Shown one piece after another: positions 12,418 to 24,000 of a stretch of DNA of 64,000 nucleotides. Source of the DNA: Mobula hypostoma (lineage: Eukaryota). The notes beneath the pieces are model-generated. The model saw only the letters and a list, made by a program, of their open reading frames with translations. It was not told the origin of the DNA and did not search any database. Numbering within the stretch: the stretch's first letter is position 1; every line of letters starts with the position of its first letter. The stretch covers positions 104,286,001 to 104,350,000 of the forward strand of contig NC_086107.1 in assembly GCF_963921235.1 (NCBI RefSeq), given 5' to 3'. The position numbers and the translations under genes were made by a program.

Positions 12418-14677
12418 TTACTGTGAAATACACAGCTTTACCCTGCCTATGTTCTAATATTGTTCAGTTCAGGCTGGCTGTGGAGGCAGGAGTGGGGAGG
12501 TTGAAAACACTGAAAAGGTGACTGTTTCAGTGTGAGACAGGTAAGGGAACAGTGTGCAGGTGAATGGGCAGCTGAGAATGAGTGGCGGGGCCTTGCTCCA
12601 TCCGTTAGACTTCCAGCTCTTCTGGGTCGCGTTTGGACTCAAAGTCAATGTAAAGTTTATTAAATGTGTGCAAGTACATAAGAAATACGACTGTCCCAGT
12701 AGCGTAGCTCAGGGGAATCTGGAGTTCAGAGTTCAATTCCAGCTCCTCCCCATGGAATGTGCGGGATTCTTCCCCACCAACCCAAGTGTTCCAGCTTCCC
12801 GCCACAGTCCAAAGTCCTGCTGGGTAGGGTGATTGGTCATTGTAAATTGTCCAGTGATTAGGCTAGATTTGATCGGGTATGTCAGGGGCGGTGTGGCTTA
12901 CTGCACGCTGTCTCACTAAATAACAAATAAATAAAATTATAGTGCAATGAAAAGCAGGTACATCTGATCAGATAATCGTGTGGCTTGGCTACTCGGTCTG
13001 GCAGAAACTGACAGGAGATGGGGCAAGGGTCTGTTGCTAGTGCCCTAAAACCAATTGCTTCAGGCAGATGGAGCTCATCGGCTGTGCTTGGCAGCTCGTC
13101 TAGGAGAAGGAAAACTCGGATCTCAAACCTTTGCTGCTTTATGCTTTTATCATCCCTGGCTTTGGGAGTAAATCCTGAAGAAATATCTGGAGCCAGAGTT
13201 CCCTGTGTTGAGTTCAACGCTGCTGGTGTATTGACCGAACTGTATCAGTCTTTGCTGTTCCTTCAGGTTCATTAGCTGTGTGAAGGTGTGGAGCCTGCTG
13301 GATGGGCAAAAGGCCCCCACCTCCATATTGTATCACCCTGGCTTGTGTATCATGTAGGTAGTTAGGACGTGACACCCATGATTGACCCCGACCAAAGGAG
13401 GGGCCTCGTTGACCCTTTATGTATGGTCGAGTGTGTTCACGGATAGATGGGAACTAGGGGACTAGAGAGAATAAATGGGTGATGGTGATGGTTCTGTGCT
13501 GTATCTCTCTGTGACTTGGAGATGGAGAGGCTGGGATTGAAAGAGGCAATGGACTGGATTCCTAAACCTCTCACTGTGAATCACAAATCCCAGCAGCTGG
13601 AGGAAGACCGAGAAAAAAATGCTCTGACCCCACTGACACCTCCCCCCGTTCGCAAACCCCTCCCCCACCCACCTTCCAAGCCTGGGATAGTCAGGCCTCT
13701 GAAAACACAGGAGCTCAGAGAACTGTCTCCAGCCTAGCTGGACATCCATAGTCCAGGCCACAGAAGCCACCACTCCCTCCACGCTGCTCCTTCTCTGAGT
13801 GCACTATCCCCCCACCCCACCTCCTGCTAGGATCTGACCTCCCTCAGATCCTTGGCACCTTTCATTTCAACTGGATCCAACCCACAGCCCCAAACATCAC
13901 TAAACCCAAAAGCAAAGCTACCCCAATCAGGGTGACTTTTTCAAAATCTGTTCCCGCTCCCCCACCTCAATAATCCCACACCCAGGACATTCCCACTTCT
14001 TCGCCGGCTCTGCACCCCCCCCCCTCAACGCCAGCAGAGATGGTCCCCCTTGTTATAAACCACACCCTTGGGCTGAAAAAGGTTCGAAGTCCTGCCGCCG
14101 CTCAGTATCTCCAGCGCCGATATAGAGCGCAAGGAACTGCCGGCTCAGGCACCAAATGCTGCTGCTGAGCTTGTGGAGGCCTCACGGGATGGGAGAGCCT
14201 GGACGTCCGGGTCAGGCTGTGCCCGAGTCCCATTCACTGCCTGCGGCAACTCACCCAACTCCAGGTCGGTCAGACCAACAGCAGCTTCCCAAGGGCTGCT
14301 CAGTCAGAGTAGGCAGGGATGGGGGCCTGTGGGGTAGGAACTGTAAACTGTTTAACACATGACCACTCGGTGTGCTGGGAGGGATGGAAGTGAAACTAAC
14401 TTTGGTGGCAGGATACCCACGGGCCTCCTGACTACCTCCCCCCACATCCCTCACTCTGTGTTAACCTACTCCCCATCACTGCCCTCCTCATCACTCCAGT
14501 CTCCATCACCCACTCCTCATTCCTCCATTACTCATTACTCCCACTCCCCGTCTCCTCGTCACACTGTGTCACTCTGTGTCACCTCACTCTTCCCCTCCCG
14601 CCCGCCCCCCACATACACACACACTCCCTGTCCCCACCTCAATGTATCTGCTCCCCGTTGGGGCGCGGGGGACAGGG

Positions 14678-14962
14678 AGAGAGAGAGAGGTAGCGATAGA
14701 GAGAACGAGAAATAGAAATAGTGATAGAGGAAGAGAGATATAGAGAAAGAGAGATAAAGAGATAGAAAGAGTTAGAGATAGAAAGAGAGAGGTAGACATA
14801 GAGGTAGAGAGAGATAAAGAGAGTGAGGTAGAGAGATAGAAGGGAAATAGAGGGAAAGATACAAATAGAGTGATAGAAAGTGAGGTAGAGATAAGGAGAT
14901 AGAGAGAAAGATAGAAAGACAGTGAAAGAGATAGAGATATATATAGAGAGAAAGAGAGAGCG
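14678..14962 (+). repeat. Purine-rich (GA/GATA) low-complexity tract
   Basis: Almost entirely A/G with GATA/GAGA units, preceded by a pyrimidine-rich tract at ~14430-14640. Confidence 0.85.
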
Positions 14963-15350
14963 AAAATTAAACTAAAATCAGGAGCAATGGCTGCCCACAG
15001 AAACTGAAGTCAGAAGTCCTGGAAAACCAGCCAGAGAGAGAATTATTCACAGAGCTGCAGGGAAATAAGGAGAGAGGGAATGGCACTGAGGGGATTGCAT
15101 GGCAGGAGCCAGCCTGGACCTGATGGGCCAAGTAGACTCCCCCGTTGGTCTTGTTATTAGTGTACAGGAGGACAATTTCTCTGCCAGATCACATTGAAAG
15201 ATGTCAGGGACTCTGGAGACTGTGTTCCCCTGTTCAATGCTGCTCTTTGGTTTCTTTCACGCCATATCAGTCCTGGGCGTCACACTGAGTGAAATGGAAT
15301 CTGGGGAAAATCACACTGTTGAACCTCCAATGCCTTGGGCATAACCTTTT

Positions 15351-16795
15351 CCGCAGGAGGTCAGATGCCAGCCTGGTCTACGGCAAACGACCCACAGGAG
15401 GTCAGATGCCAGCCTGGTCTACGGCAAACGACCCGCAGGAGGTCAGATACTAGCCTGGTCTACGGCAAACGACCAGCTGGAGGTCAGAAGCCAGCCTGGT
15501 CTACGGCAAATGACCCACTGGAGGTCAGAAGCCAGCCTGGTCTATGGCAAATGACCCACTGGAGGTCAGATGCCAGCCTGGTCTACGGCAAACAACCCGC
15601 AGGAGGTCAGATGCCAGCCTGGTCTACGGTAAACGACCCACTGGAGGTCAGAGGCCAGCCTGGTCTACTGGAGGTCAGATGACAGCCTGGTCTATGGTAA
15701 ACGACCCACTGGAGGTCAGAGGCCAGCCTGGTCTACGACAAACAACCCGCAGGAGGTCAGATGCCAGCCTGGTCTACGGCAAACGACCCGCTGGAGGTCA
15801 GATGCCAGCCTCGTCTAAGGCAAACAACCCGCAGGAGGTCAGATGCCAGCCTGGTCTACAGTGAACGGCCCGCTGGAGGTCAGATGCCAGCCTGGTCTAC
15901 GGCAAACGACCCGCTGGAGGACAGATGCCAGCCTGGTCTATGGCAAATGACCCACTGGAGGTCAGATGCCAGCCTGGTCTACGGCAAACACCCACTGGAG
16001 GTCAGATGCCAGCCCGGTCTACTGGAGGTCAGATGCCAGTCTGGTCTACGGTGAACGACCCGCTGGATGTCAGATGCCAGCCTGGTCTACGGTGAACGAC
16101 CCGCTGGAGGTCAGATGCCATCCTGGTCTACGGCGAACGACCCGCTGGAGGTCAGAGGCCAGCCTGGTCTACGGCGAACGACCCGCTGGAGGATCAGAGG
16201 CCAGCCTGGTCTACGGCAAACGACCCGCTGGAGGTCAGATGCTAGCCTGGTCTACGGCGAACGACCCACAGGAGGTCAGATGCCAGCCTGGTCTACGGGA
16301 AACGACCCGCTGGAGGTCAGATGCCAGCCTGGTCTACGGCAAACGCGCACTGGAGGTCAGATGCCAGCCCGGTCTACTGGAGGTCAGATGCCAGTCTGGT
16401 CTACGGTGAACGACCCGCTGGATGTCAGATGCCAGCCTGGTCTACGGTGAACGACCCGCTGGAGGTCAGATGCCATCCTGGTCTACGGTGAACGACCCAC
16501 TGGAGGTCAGAGGCCAGCCTGGTCTACAGCGAACGACCCGCTGGAGGATCAGAGGCCAGCCTGGTTTACGGCAAACGACCCGCTGGAGGTCAGATGCTAG
16601 CCTGGTCTACGGCGAACGACCCACAGGAGGTCAGATGCCAGCCTGGTCTACGGCAAACGACCCGCTGGACGTCAGATGCCAGCCTGGTCTACAGCAAACG
16701 ACCCGCGGGAGGTCAGAGGCCAGCCTGGTCTACGGCAAATGACCCGCAGGAGGTCAGAGGCCAGCCTGGTCAACGGGAAACAACCCACAGGAGGA
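15351..16795 (+). repeat. Minisatellite, 41-bp unit CTGGAGGTCAGATGCCAGCCTGGTCTACGGCAAACGACCCG, ~35-36 copies
   Basis: Period read directly (GGAGG at 15356 and 15397). A few ~28-bp truncated units. 355-bp higher-order duplication in the right half. Confidence 0.97.
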
Positions 16796-17603
16796 ACTAA
16801 ATGGTCCAGACAGTGTCTGTGGAGCTCAACAGGTAGTTGACGCTTCAGATCGAGACCGTGCAGCCCGGTCTTGACGTGCAACGTCACCCATCCCTTTGAC
16901 ACCATGGGTGGTGTCTGATGCGCTGAGTTCCTCCAGTAGCTCGCTTCTCGCTCCATATCCCAGCCTCTGCAGTCTCCCATCTCCAGCCTGGTCAGGCAGG
17001 CTACCGAGAGCGCGGTCTGATCAATCTAAGTGCTGGGTTGATTTGGAAAGGTTGGGTCCAGGCCGGAATGTGGCAGTGGGGTCCAGGCCCAGAGCGAATC
17101 AATGTGATAGGGTCTTAGATCGAAGAATGACCCGATGTTTAGCCGATTTAAATGCCGGACCGGATGGATTGAAAATGCAGGGTGTTGGGACCAAAGACGA
17201 GGCTTGGGCTGGTTCTGCTCAGCGACGTTTACTCCCCAGTGCGATAAACAGACGATCAGGCCGTGGGCCTACTCCGGGCTTCGTATCTATGGACTCACTT
17301 TCTTTCTAAATGCTGTTAGCTTGCCTTTATTGTTTGCACAATTTGTTTTGTTTTCCCTCTCTCTGCTGGATTTTTTTAATTATGGGCCCTTTTGAGTTTC
17401 TTGTTTTGTGGCTGCCTGTAAGGAGACAAACCTCTAGGTTGTATAATGTATACATACTTGGGTAACAAATATACTGTACTTCGAGCTTTTGAACTTTGAA
17501 CAGGTCGAGCACTCAGTGCTCTTTCGCTAGGTGTTTCTAAGGTGCGTGTCCCCCGTCCCTCTGTGTCATCTGGAGTGGGAATAGCTGACTAGGCTCAGAG
17601 AGT

Positions 17604-17620
17604 CTGCTACCACCTGGTGG
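17604..17620 (-). promoter_or_regulatory. CTCF-like motif
   Basis: Minus strand reads CCACCAGGTGGTAGCAG, one substitution from the CCACCAGGTGGCAG core, in unique sequence ~330 bp past the tubby stop codon. Confidence 0.5.
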
Positions 17621-17946
17621 ACCCCACCCCTTGTGTTACCACCTCCCTTCCCCACCCCCCATAACATTCAAGCACAACTAATCAACGTTATCCAGGAGGG
17701 GAATGGTATCTGGTTAGAGGCACATACAAGACACAGAGCCTGCAGATTATCATTAATTCTTTCTGGACTCTGGCAGTATTCCTTATAAATATTGTCTGAG
17801 GATTAAGGTCAAATATCGCAGTAAATCGATAGAAGTTCTATGGCTCTCTATGTCAAAGTGCTGGTGTCACTTCGATCTTCTCCAGCCTCGCTGATGATTT
17901 GGAGGTCGGCCGCCCCTCTGCACACTTCCAGGCAGGGCTCGCGTCT

Positions 17947-18080
17947 CTACTCACAAGCCAACTTGCTGTCAAAGCTGGAGAGAGCGACTGCAAAGGCTTG
18001 GAGGGGGCATAGGGGATAGTTATAGTCCATGGTGAACACGTCATCAGCTACACGACCAAACTGCAAGATGATGTAATCCG
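17947..18080 (-). CDS. Tubby domain terminal exon
   Basis: tttttttttattccag|CG...[50 protein letters not shown]. Confidence 0.95.
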
Positions 18081-21000
18081 CTGGAATAAAAAAAAAGAGA
18101 TGTTACTTGGTTCATTCCAGTGAACAGTCATCCCATAAGACCATAAGGCATAAAGTCATAGAAAAGTGTAGCACAGAAACAGGCCCTTCAGCCCATCTAG
18201 TCCATGCTGAATCATTTAAACCGTCTACTCCCATCAACCAGCTCCGCGACCACAGCCTTCCATTCCCCTATCATCCATGCATCCATCCAATCTTCTCTTA
18301 AATGTTGAAATCAAGCTCACATGCACCACTTGCTCGTTCCACACTCTCACGACCCTTTGAGTGAAGAAGTTTCCCCTCATGCTCCCCTTAAACTTTTCAC
18401 CTTCCAGTTGTTGGAAACCACTGTTTCTTTAAATAATACTTTTTATATGGTTTGTACTTTTTAACAAACACGTATTTTTCACACTCACTGGCAGAAAGTG
18501 GTATAGCAGCTAAACTAATGGTTTATCACCTTTCTCATTTTTCATTGGCTAAGCATTAGCACATTACCCACGTGATGTAATTGTTTTTATTATGTAGCCT
18601 ATTAACTAGTTTATCTCTAGCTAGGATTTTCTTTTATCTTATCTATAAAGTGAGTGATTTTTCAGAGGCACCATCTTTACTCTTTTGTCTTACTTCCCTT
18701 GGCATTAATTCCTGTCTTAGCATCGTTTCTCAGCTCTTTATTTAGTTTTATTTATTTAGTATGTTTGTTTGTACTCTAAAATAAACTATCGTTAGAATTA
18801 AGACTGCTCATCATTCCTGACTCCCAGAAGGACCCCAAGGATCAGAAGATAAACAGAAATCCAATAGACCCTTAACCCTTAACTCTGGTTGTAGTCCCAC
18901 CCAACCTCAGTGGAAAAAGCCTGCGTGTATTTACCCTATCTATACCCCTTACAATTTTGTATATCTCTATCAAATCCCCTCTCAACCTTCTACGTTCCAA
19001 GGAATAAAGTCCTATCCTAATCAATCCTTCCTTGTAACTTAGGTCCTCCAGACCCAGCAACACCCTTGTCAATTTTCTATGTACTCTTTCAACCTCATTT
19101 ACATCTTTCCTGTAGGTAAGTGACCAAAACTGTACACAATACTCCAAGTTAGGCCTCACCAATGCCCTGATGAAGGCTCTCAGCCTGAAACATTGACTGT
19201 TTACTCTTTTTCATGGATGCTGCCTGGCCTGCTGAGTTCCTCCAGCATTTTGCGTGTGTTGCTTTGGATTTCCAGCATCTGCAGGCTTTCTCTTGTTTGT
19301 GTCACCAATGCCTTTTACAAGTTCAACATAACATCCCAACTCCTGTACTCAATACAAAGGCCAATGTGCCAAAAGCTTTCTTTACAACCCTATCTACCTC
19401 TGTTGCCCCTTTTAATGAATTTTGTACCTGCAGTCCCAGACCCCTTTGTTCCACCCCACGTCTCAGTGCCCTACCATTCACAGTGCAAGACCTATCCTGC
19501 TTGGTCCTACGGAAGACCAACACCTTGCACTTGTCTGCATTAACTTCCATATGCCATTTTTCAGCCCATTTTTTCCGGCTGGTCCAGATCCCACTGCAAG
19601 CCATGATAGTCTTCCTCACTGTCCACCACACACCCAGTTCTGGTGTCATTCACAAATTTGCTGATCTAGTTATCCACATTATCATTCAGATCACTGATAT
19701 AGATAACAAACAGCAACAGATCCAGTATTGATCCCTGTGGCATTCCACTAGTCACAGGCCTCCAGTCAGAGAGGCAATCATTTACTACCACTCTCTGGCT
19801 TCTCCCACAAAGCCGATGTCTAATCCAGTTTACTAGCTCATCTTGAATGCTGAGCGACTGAACCTTCTTGACCACCCTCCCATGTGGGACTTTGTCAAAT
19901 GCCTTGCTAAAGTCCAAGCAGGCAACATCCACTGCCTTGCCTTCATCAACTTTCCTAGTAACTTGCTCGAAAAACTATAAAATGGGTTGTAACACAGGAG
20001 CAGAATTAGTCCACTCCTCCAGCTTCGTCCATTCAGTACTTGAACCAACCTGTGCCACCCTAATCACTATCTCAATACAGCAACTCTGTGGCCACCCTAG
20101 CCAGATTGTGGTGCAGTGGCATCGGCGCTGGACCTTGAGACAAACGGTCCCGGGTTCAAATCTGGCCGGCTCCTTGCACACTTTCCATCCGTGCTGGGTT
20201 GAGCGTTGAGCTAGCAGCTCGGCCTTGTTAAAAAACAGTCAAAATGCTACAGAAACAGTAAAAAGATGCCACCCGATGCGCCATAAGGCGTGAAAAGGAA
20301 GCTGCTGAGTTCCTCCACCATTTTGTGTGTGTTGCTTGGATTTCCATCATCTGTAGATTTTCTCTCGTTTGTGATTGGACAACAACAATAGCCACTGTGC
20401 TTCAATTCAATGGACATTTTGTTCTTATCATGTTCCTCCCTATTTAATATGCATTTCATTTATGTTTTTCTTATGTATGTTGACTAAGTGATGCGCCTGT
20501 GATGCTGCTACAAGTGTTTGATTGCACCTGTGAAGGGTCTCGGCCCAAAACCTCGATTATCTATTTCCCCTCCATGGATGCTGCCCGACCTGCTGAGTTC
20601 CTCCAGCATTTTGTATGTGCAGACATGTATTTGTACACATGGAAATAAATCAGACTCGCAACGTAGTTACTTCCAATCCCCAACCCAGTTCTATCCCGAC
20701 CCAACCCTTCAATCTGGGAATCCCAGGCGATGTCCCGGACTCCCCCCCCACCAACCCTCCCCCCCAGGCCTAGCGTTTTGCCACTCACAGTCATTGGCGT
20801 GGACTATCTGGAAGTTCTTCACGGAGGCCTGGGTGACTCGGCCGTGGAAGTTCAGAACGTAGGTCTGAGTGTCTTCATTCCAGACCGGGGCCTTGTTGTG
20901 GAGCTCGATAATGTTCTCCATGTTCTTATTCTGCCAGCGGGTCAGCAGCGTCTCGTGTTCCTGGTGAAGACAAGTACTCGTCAGGATTTACAGCCCGCGG

Positions 21001-24000
21001 CCCAGGTGGGCTAATAGCTCTGATCCCCGGTTCCAGGCACACAGCAGATCCAATGGACGGCTGTCCACTGCTCCCAATCACCATCCCTGGCACGACTGGG
21101 TGAGAATAAGTCAGCTTTTCATTGGCCACTGTGGCTAATGAACAACCAATGGGAGTAAGGATGGGATCTGGAGTCGGTTAACAGGGCAAAGCAGACATCG
21201 CTAGAAAAACTCAGCAGGTCAGGCAGCATCTGTGGAGATGGAAAACAGTTAATGTTTTCAGTCCAAGACCCTCCATCAGAACTGAGAAAAAAAATCTCAT
21301 GGAAGTTTAAGGGCCTCAAGTAAAATGTGTGAACTTTTCTCAGTTCCAATGAAGGCCCCTGGATTGGAAATGCTGTTTCTCTCTCCGCAGGAACTGCCTG
21401 GCTGCCTGTTTGTTTCTAACATGTGGTATTTTCATTTCAGTTCTCTGGGATCGTCATTTGCCATGGCTGCAATTTGTAACCTAACCCTCCATTCCAAGGA
21501 AGTCCCTAAGAAGGGAGAGAACCAACCTCTCTCAAATCTCACCATCACGCATTCTGTCAGGGCAGGGGATGGTGCCCAAGATCAGCCAGAGGTCAGTGTC
21601 GGGGTTTGAAATATTCCACTGCCTTGTTCCCCACCTATTGGCATTCCTGCAAAAGGGAATGGACCAAACCTAAACCTAAAACTTCCTCCCCTCCCAATCC
21701 TCCACCCATTATCCCAGTGTCCGGAATCTCAGCCTAAAACAAACCAGGACAACACACACAAACTGCTGGAGGAACTCAGCGGGCCAGGCAGTACTCATGG
21801 AAATGGATAAACAGTCAATGTTTCGGCATGAGACCCTTCGTCAGGACTCATCCCAGGCAAGTCAAGGGCCTCAGCCCAAAACATTGACCATCCATTCATT
21901 TCCATAGTCGCTGCCTGACCTGCTGAGTTCCTCCAGCATTTTTAGTGTGTTGCTTTGGATTTCCAGCATCTGTAGTACCTCTTGTGTCTAAAGAAGCCAG
22001 ATTAGTTTTGTCATTGACAGGGAGCTCCAGGCATTAACGCACTGGAACACACAGAGTGTGAATGAATATAGGCCGTTCAGCTCATTGACTAGGTGTTCTA
22101 GGTTTGGGGAAGTTTTCCTGCCCCACCCCATTCTCCTGTAGTTACCCAAAAGGCGAGACTCACGTTTTTTGGTCGAATGCAAACTCTCTCACTGTTCACG
22201 TTCATTCCTGGAATAATCACAGTCATCTTCCGAGGCCCTTTAAACCCGAGAATGTTGGCTTCCTGCATTGTGAGAGCGGAGCAAGAGAAGTCCAGGGTTA
22301 GCTGGAGTTGCTTACCATATGAACTCCCTACCCCCACCCCTGCGACTTGTAGGTACCTGGGAATTCCATGCTTTGGCTTACAGCTGCATGATCCTTCCGG
22401 TTTGATCAACCCATAACTTCCTCCCTGGTAGCCTCTGCTCATCAATAGACAGAGACCCCGAATGGATGAGTTCTCTCTCTGTACTCTACTGCCTCCTGCA
22501 GCCAGATTGAGAAGAGCAGTAGTCCAAATTCTTATCCCCAAGAACCACTCAATGGTTCAATTAGTATCAGAGAACATGTAAAAAATACAACCTGAGATTC
22601 TTACTCTTCACAGACATCCACGAAACAGAAGAAAACCACAAAGAATGAATGACAGAAAAAAACATTAGAACCTCAAATCCCCCTGTCCCCCTTCCCAAGC
22701 ACAAGGTTCAGTGAATATCAGCCCTCCCCTTCCCTCACCTGTCGTAACAGAAGTATCAGCACCCCCCCCCACCATGTAATAGCAAAGTGCTGAAAGAGAC
22801 CATGACCTTGAGTCCATCAAAAACCACTGTTCATCCCAACACTTCGACACCCACAGGCTAATGAGGGACAGAGAGATATCACTCCTGCCACAACGAGAGG
22901 GAGACCAACAACTCACTGTTTCAATGTTACAGCCTGCAGCGCCGCTTATTTCGACGGCAGCTGGCACTGCTGTCTCCATCTCCCGCGGTGCCATCAGCGA
23001 GGAATCGGGTCGTCCACGGGGCCACACTCCAAAGGTGCACGTCTTCCAGGCCGCTGCTGGAGATCATCTTAAAGGGAAAGCTTCCCAGAACTCTTGGGCC
23101 TAGGTACGTTTACCCTCATGCCATTTTACACCATATCCACTCCGGTAGCTGGCACAGTAGCGTAGCTGTTCGTACAATCATTTTCCAGTGCCGGTCTGCG
23201 TTCGATTCCCATCTCTGCCTGTAAGGATTTGGTATGTTCTCCCCAAGACTGTATGGACTGTAGTTTTTGATGGACTCTAGATCAAGCTTCCTTTGGGGAC
23301 CTTTTGCTATTGTTTGCATGGTGTGGGTGGGGGTTGGTCCTTCTGTGCTGTTTGTGTGTGGGAGGGGGAGGGTAGGCTTTGAGGTTCTGACGTTTCTCTT
23401 TTTCTTTTTTTTGGCATGTGCGTGCGTGCGTCCGTGTGTGTGCGCGATGATGTCTTTTCATGCCTTTACAAGGCGCGGAGCGAGAGAGAGAGACTATGTG
23501 GCGTGCCACTCCCCACACAGACATTAAGCAGTATTTTTCCTTTTATTTTATGAGGTCGAGTTGCGATCTCGACACTCAACCCGGCACGGATGGAAAGCGT
23601 ACTCGGGAGTGGACCCGACTGGATTGGAACCCAGGAACCTCCGTCCTGGGGTCCGGCACCGATGTCATTGCGCCACCAGCCGGCCCGAGGTTCTGATGTT
23701 TCTATCACAGAGGAACATCTGGAGAAATTTCTGAAACGCCAGTTCACCGCTGTTGTACTGCACGATCGAGAATCTTCCGGAGGGAAGGCCTCAAAATCCC
23801 CAGCTTTGCCTGCTGTTGGCGACCGAGATTGAGGTCGAATCGTTTGGATAGAGATGGTGCTCGGTACTCGGTGTCGGAGGGCTGATCGGAGGCTCAAAGC
23901 TTTCGAACGACTCAGAATCGGATTGTGGTCGGCATGGCAAGGAGAGTTTTTCTTCCTTCTCCCGTCTGCGTGAGATGTGGGACATTTGAGAGACTTTGAA

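Larger units (their letters stand above)
18147..19980 (-). mobile_element. CR1 LINE (RT) with nested insertions
   Basis: [13 protein letters not shown]...[41 protein letters not shown]...[16 protein letters not shown]. Confidence 0.88.

Noticed and set aside
15335..16800. Overlapping repetitive ORFs (PAWSTANDP.., RSDASLVYG..) and a superficial CRISPR-like look
   Set aside because: They are translations of a 41-bp tandem repeat (not a multiple of 3). There are no unique spacers and no cas genes, and the context is eukaryotic.
20100..20175. tRNA-like sequence with A and B boxes
   Set aside because: It does not form a full cloverleaf and continues into a SINE body shared with 23535-23686.
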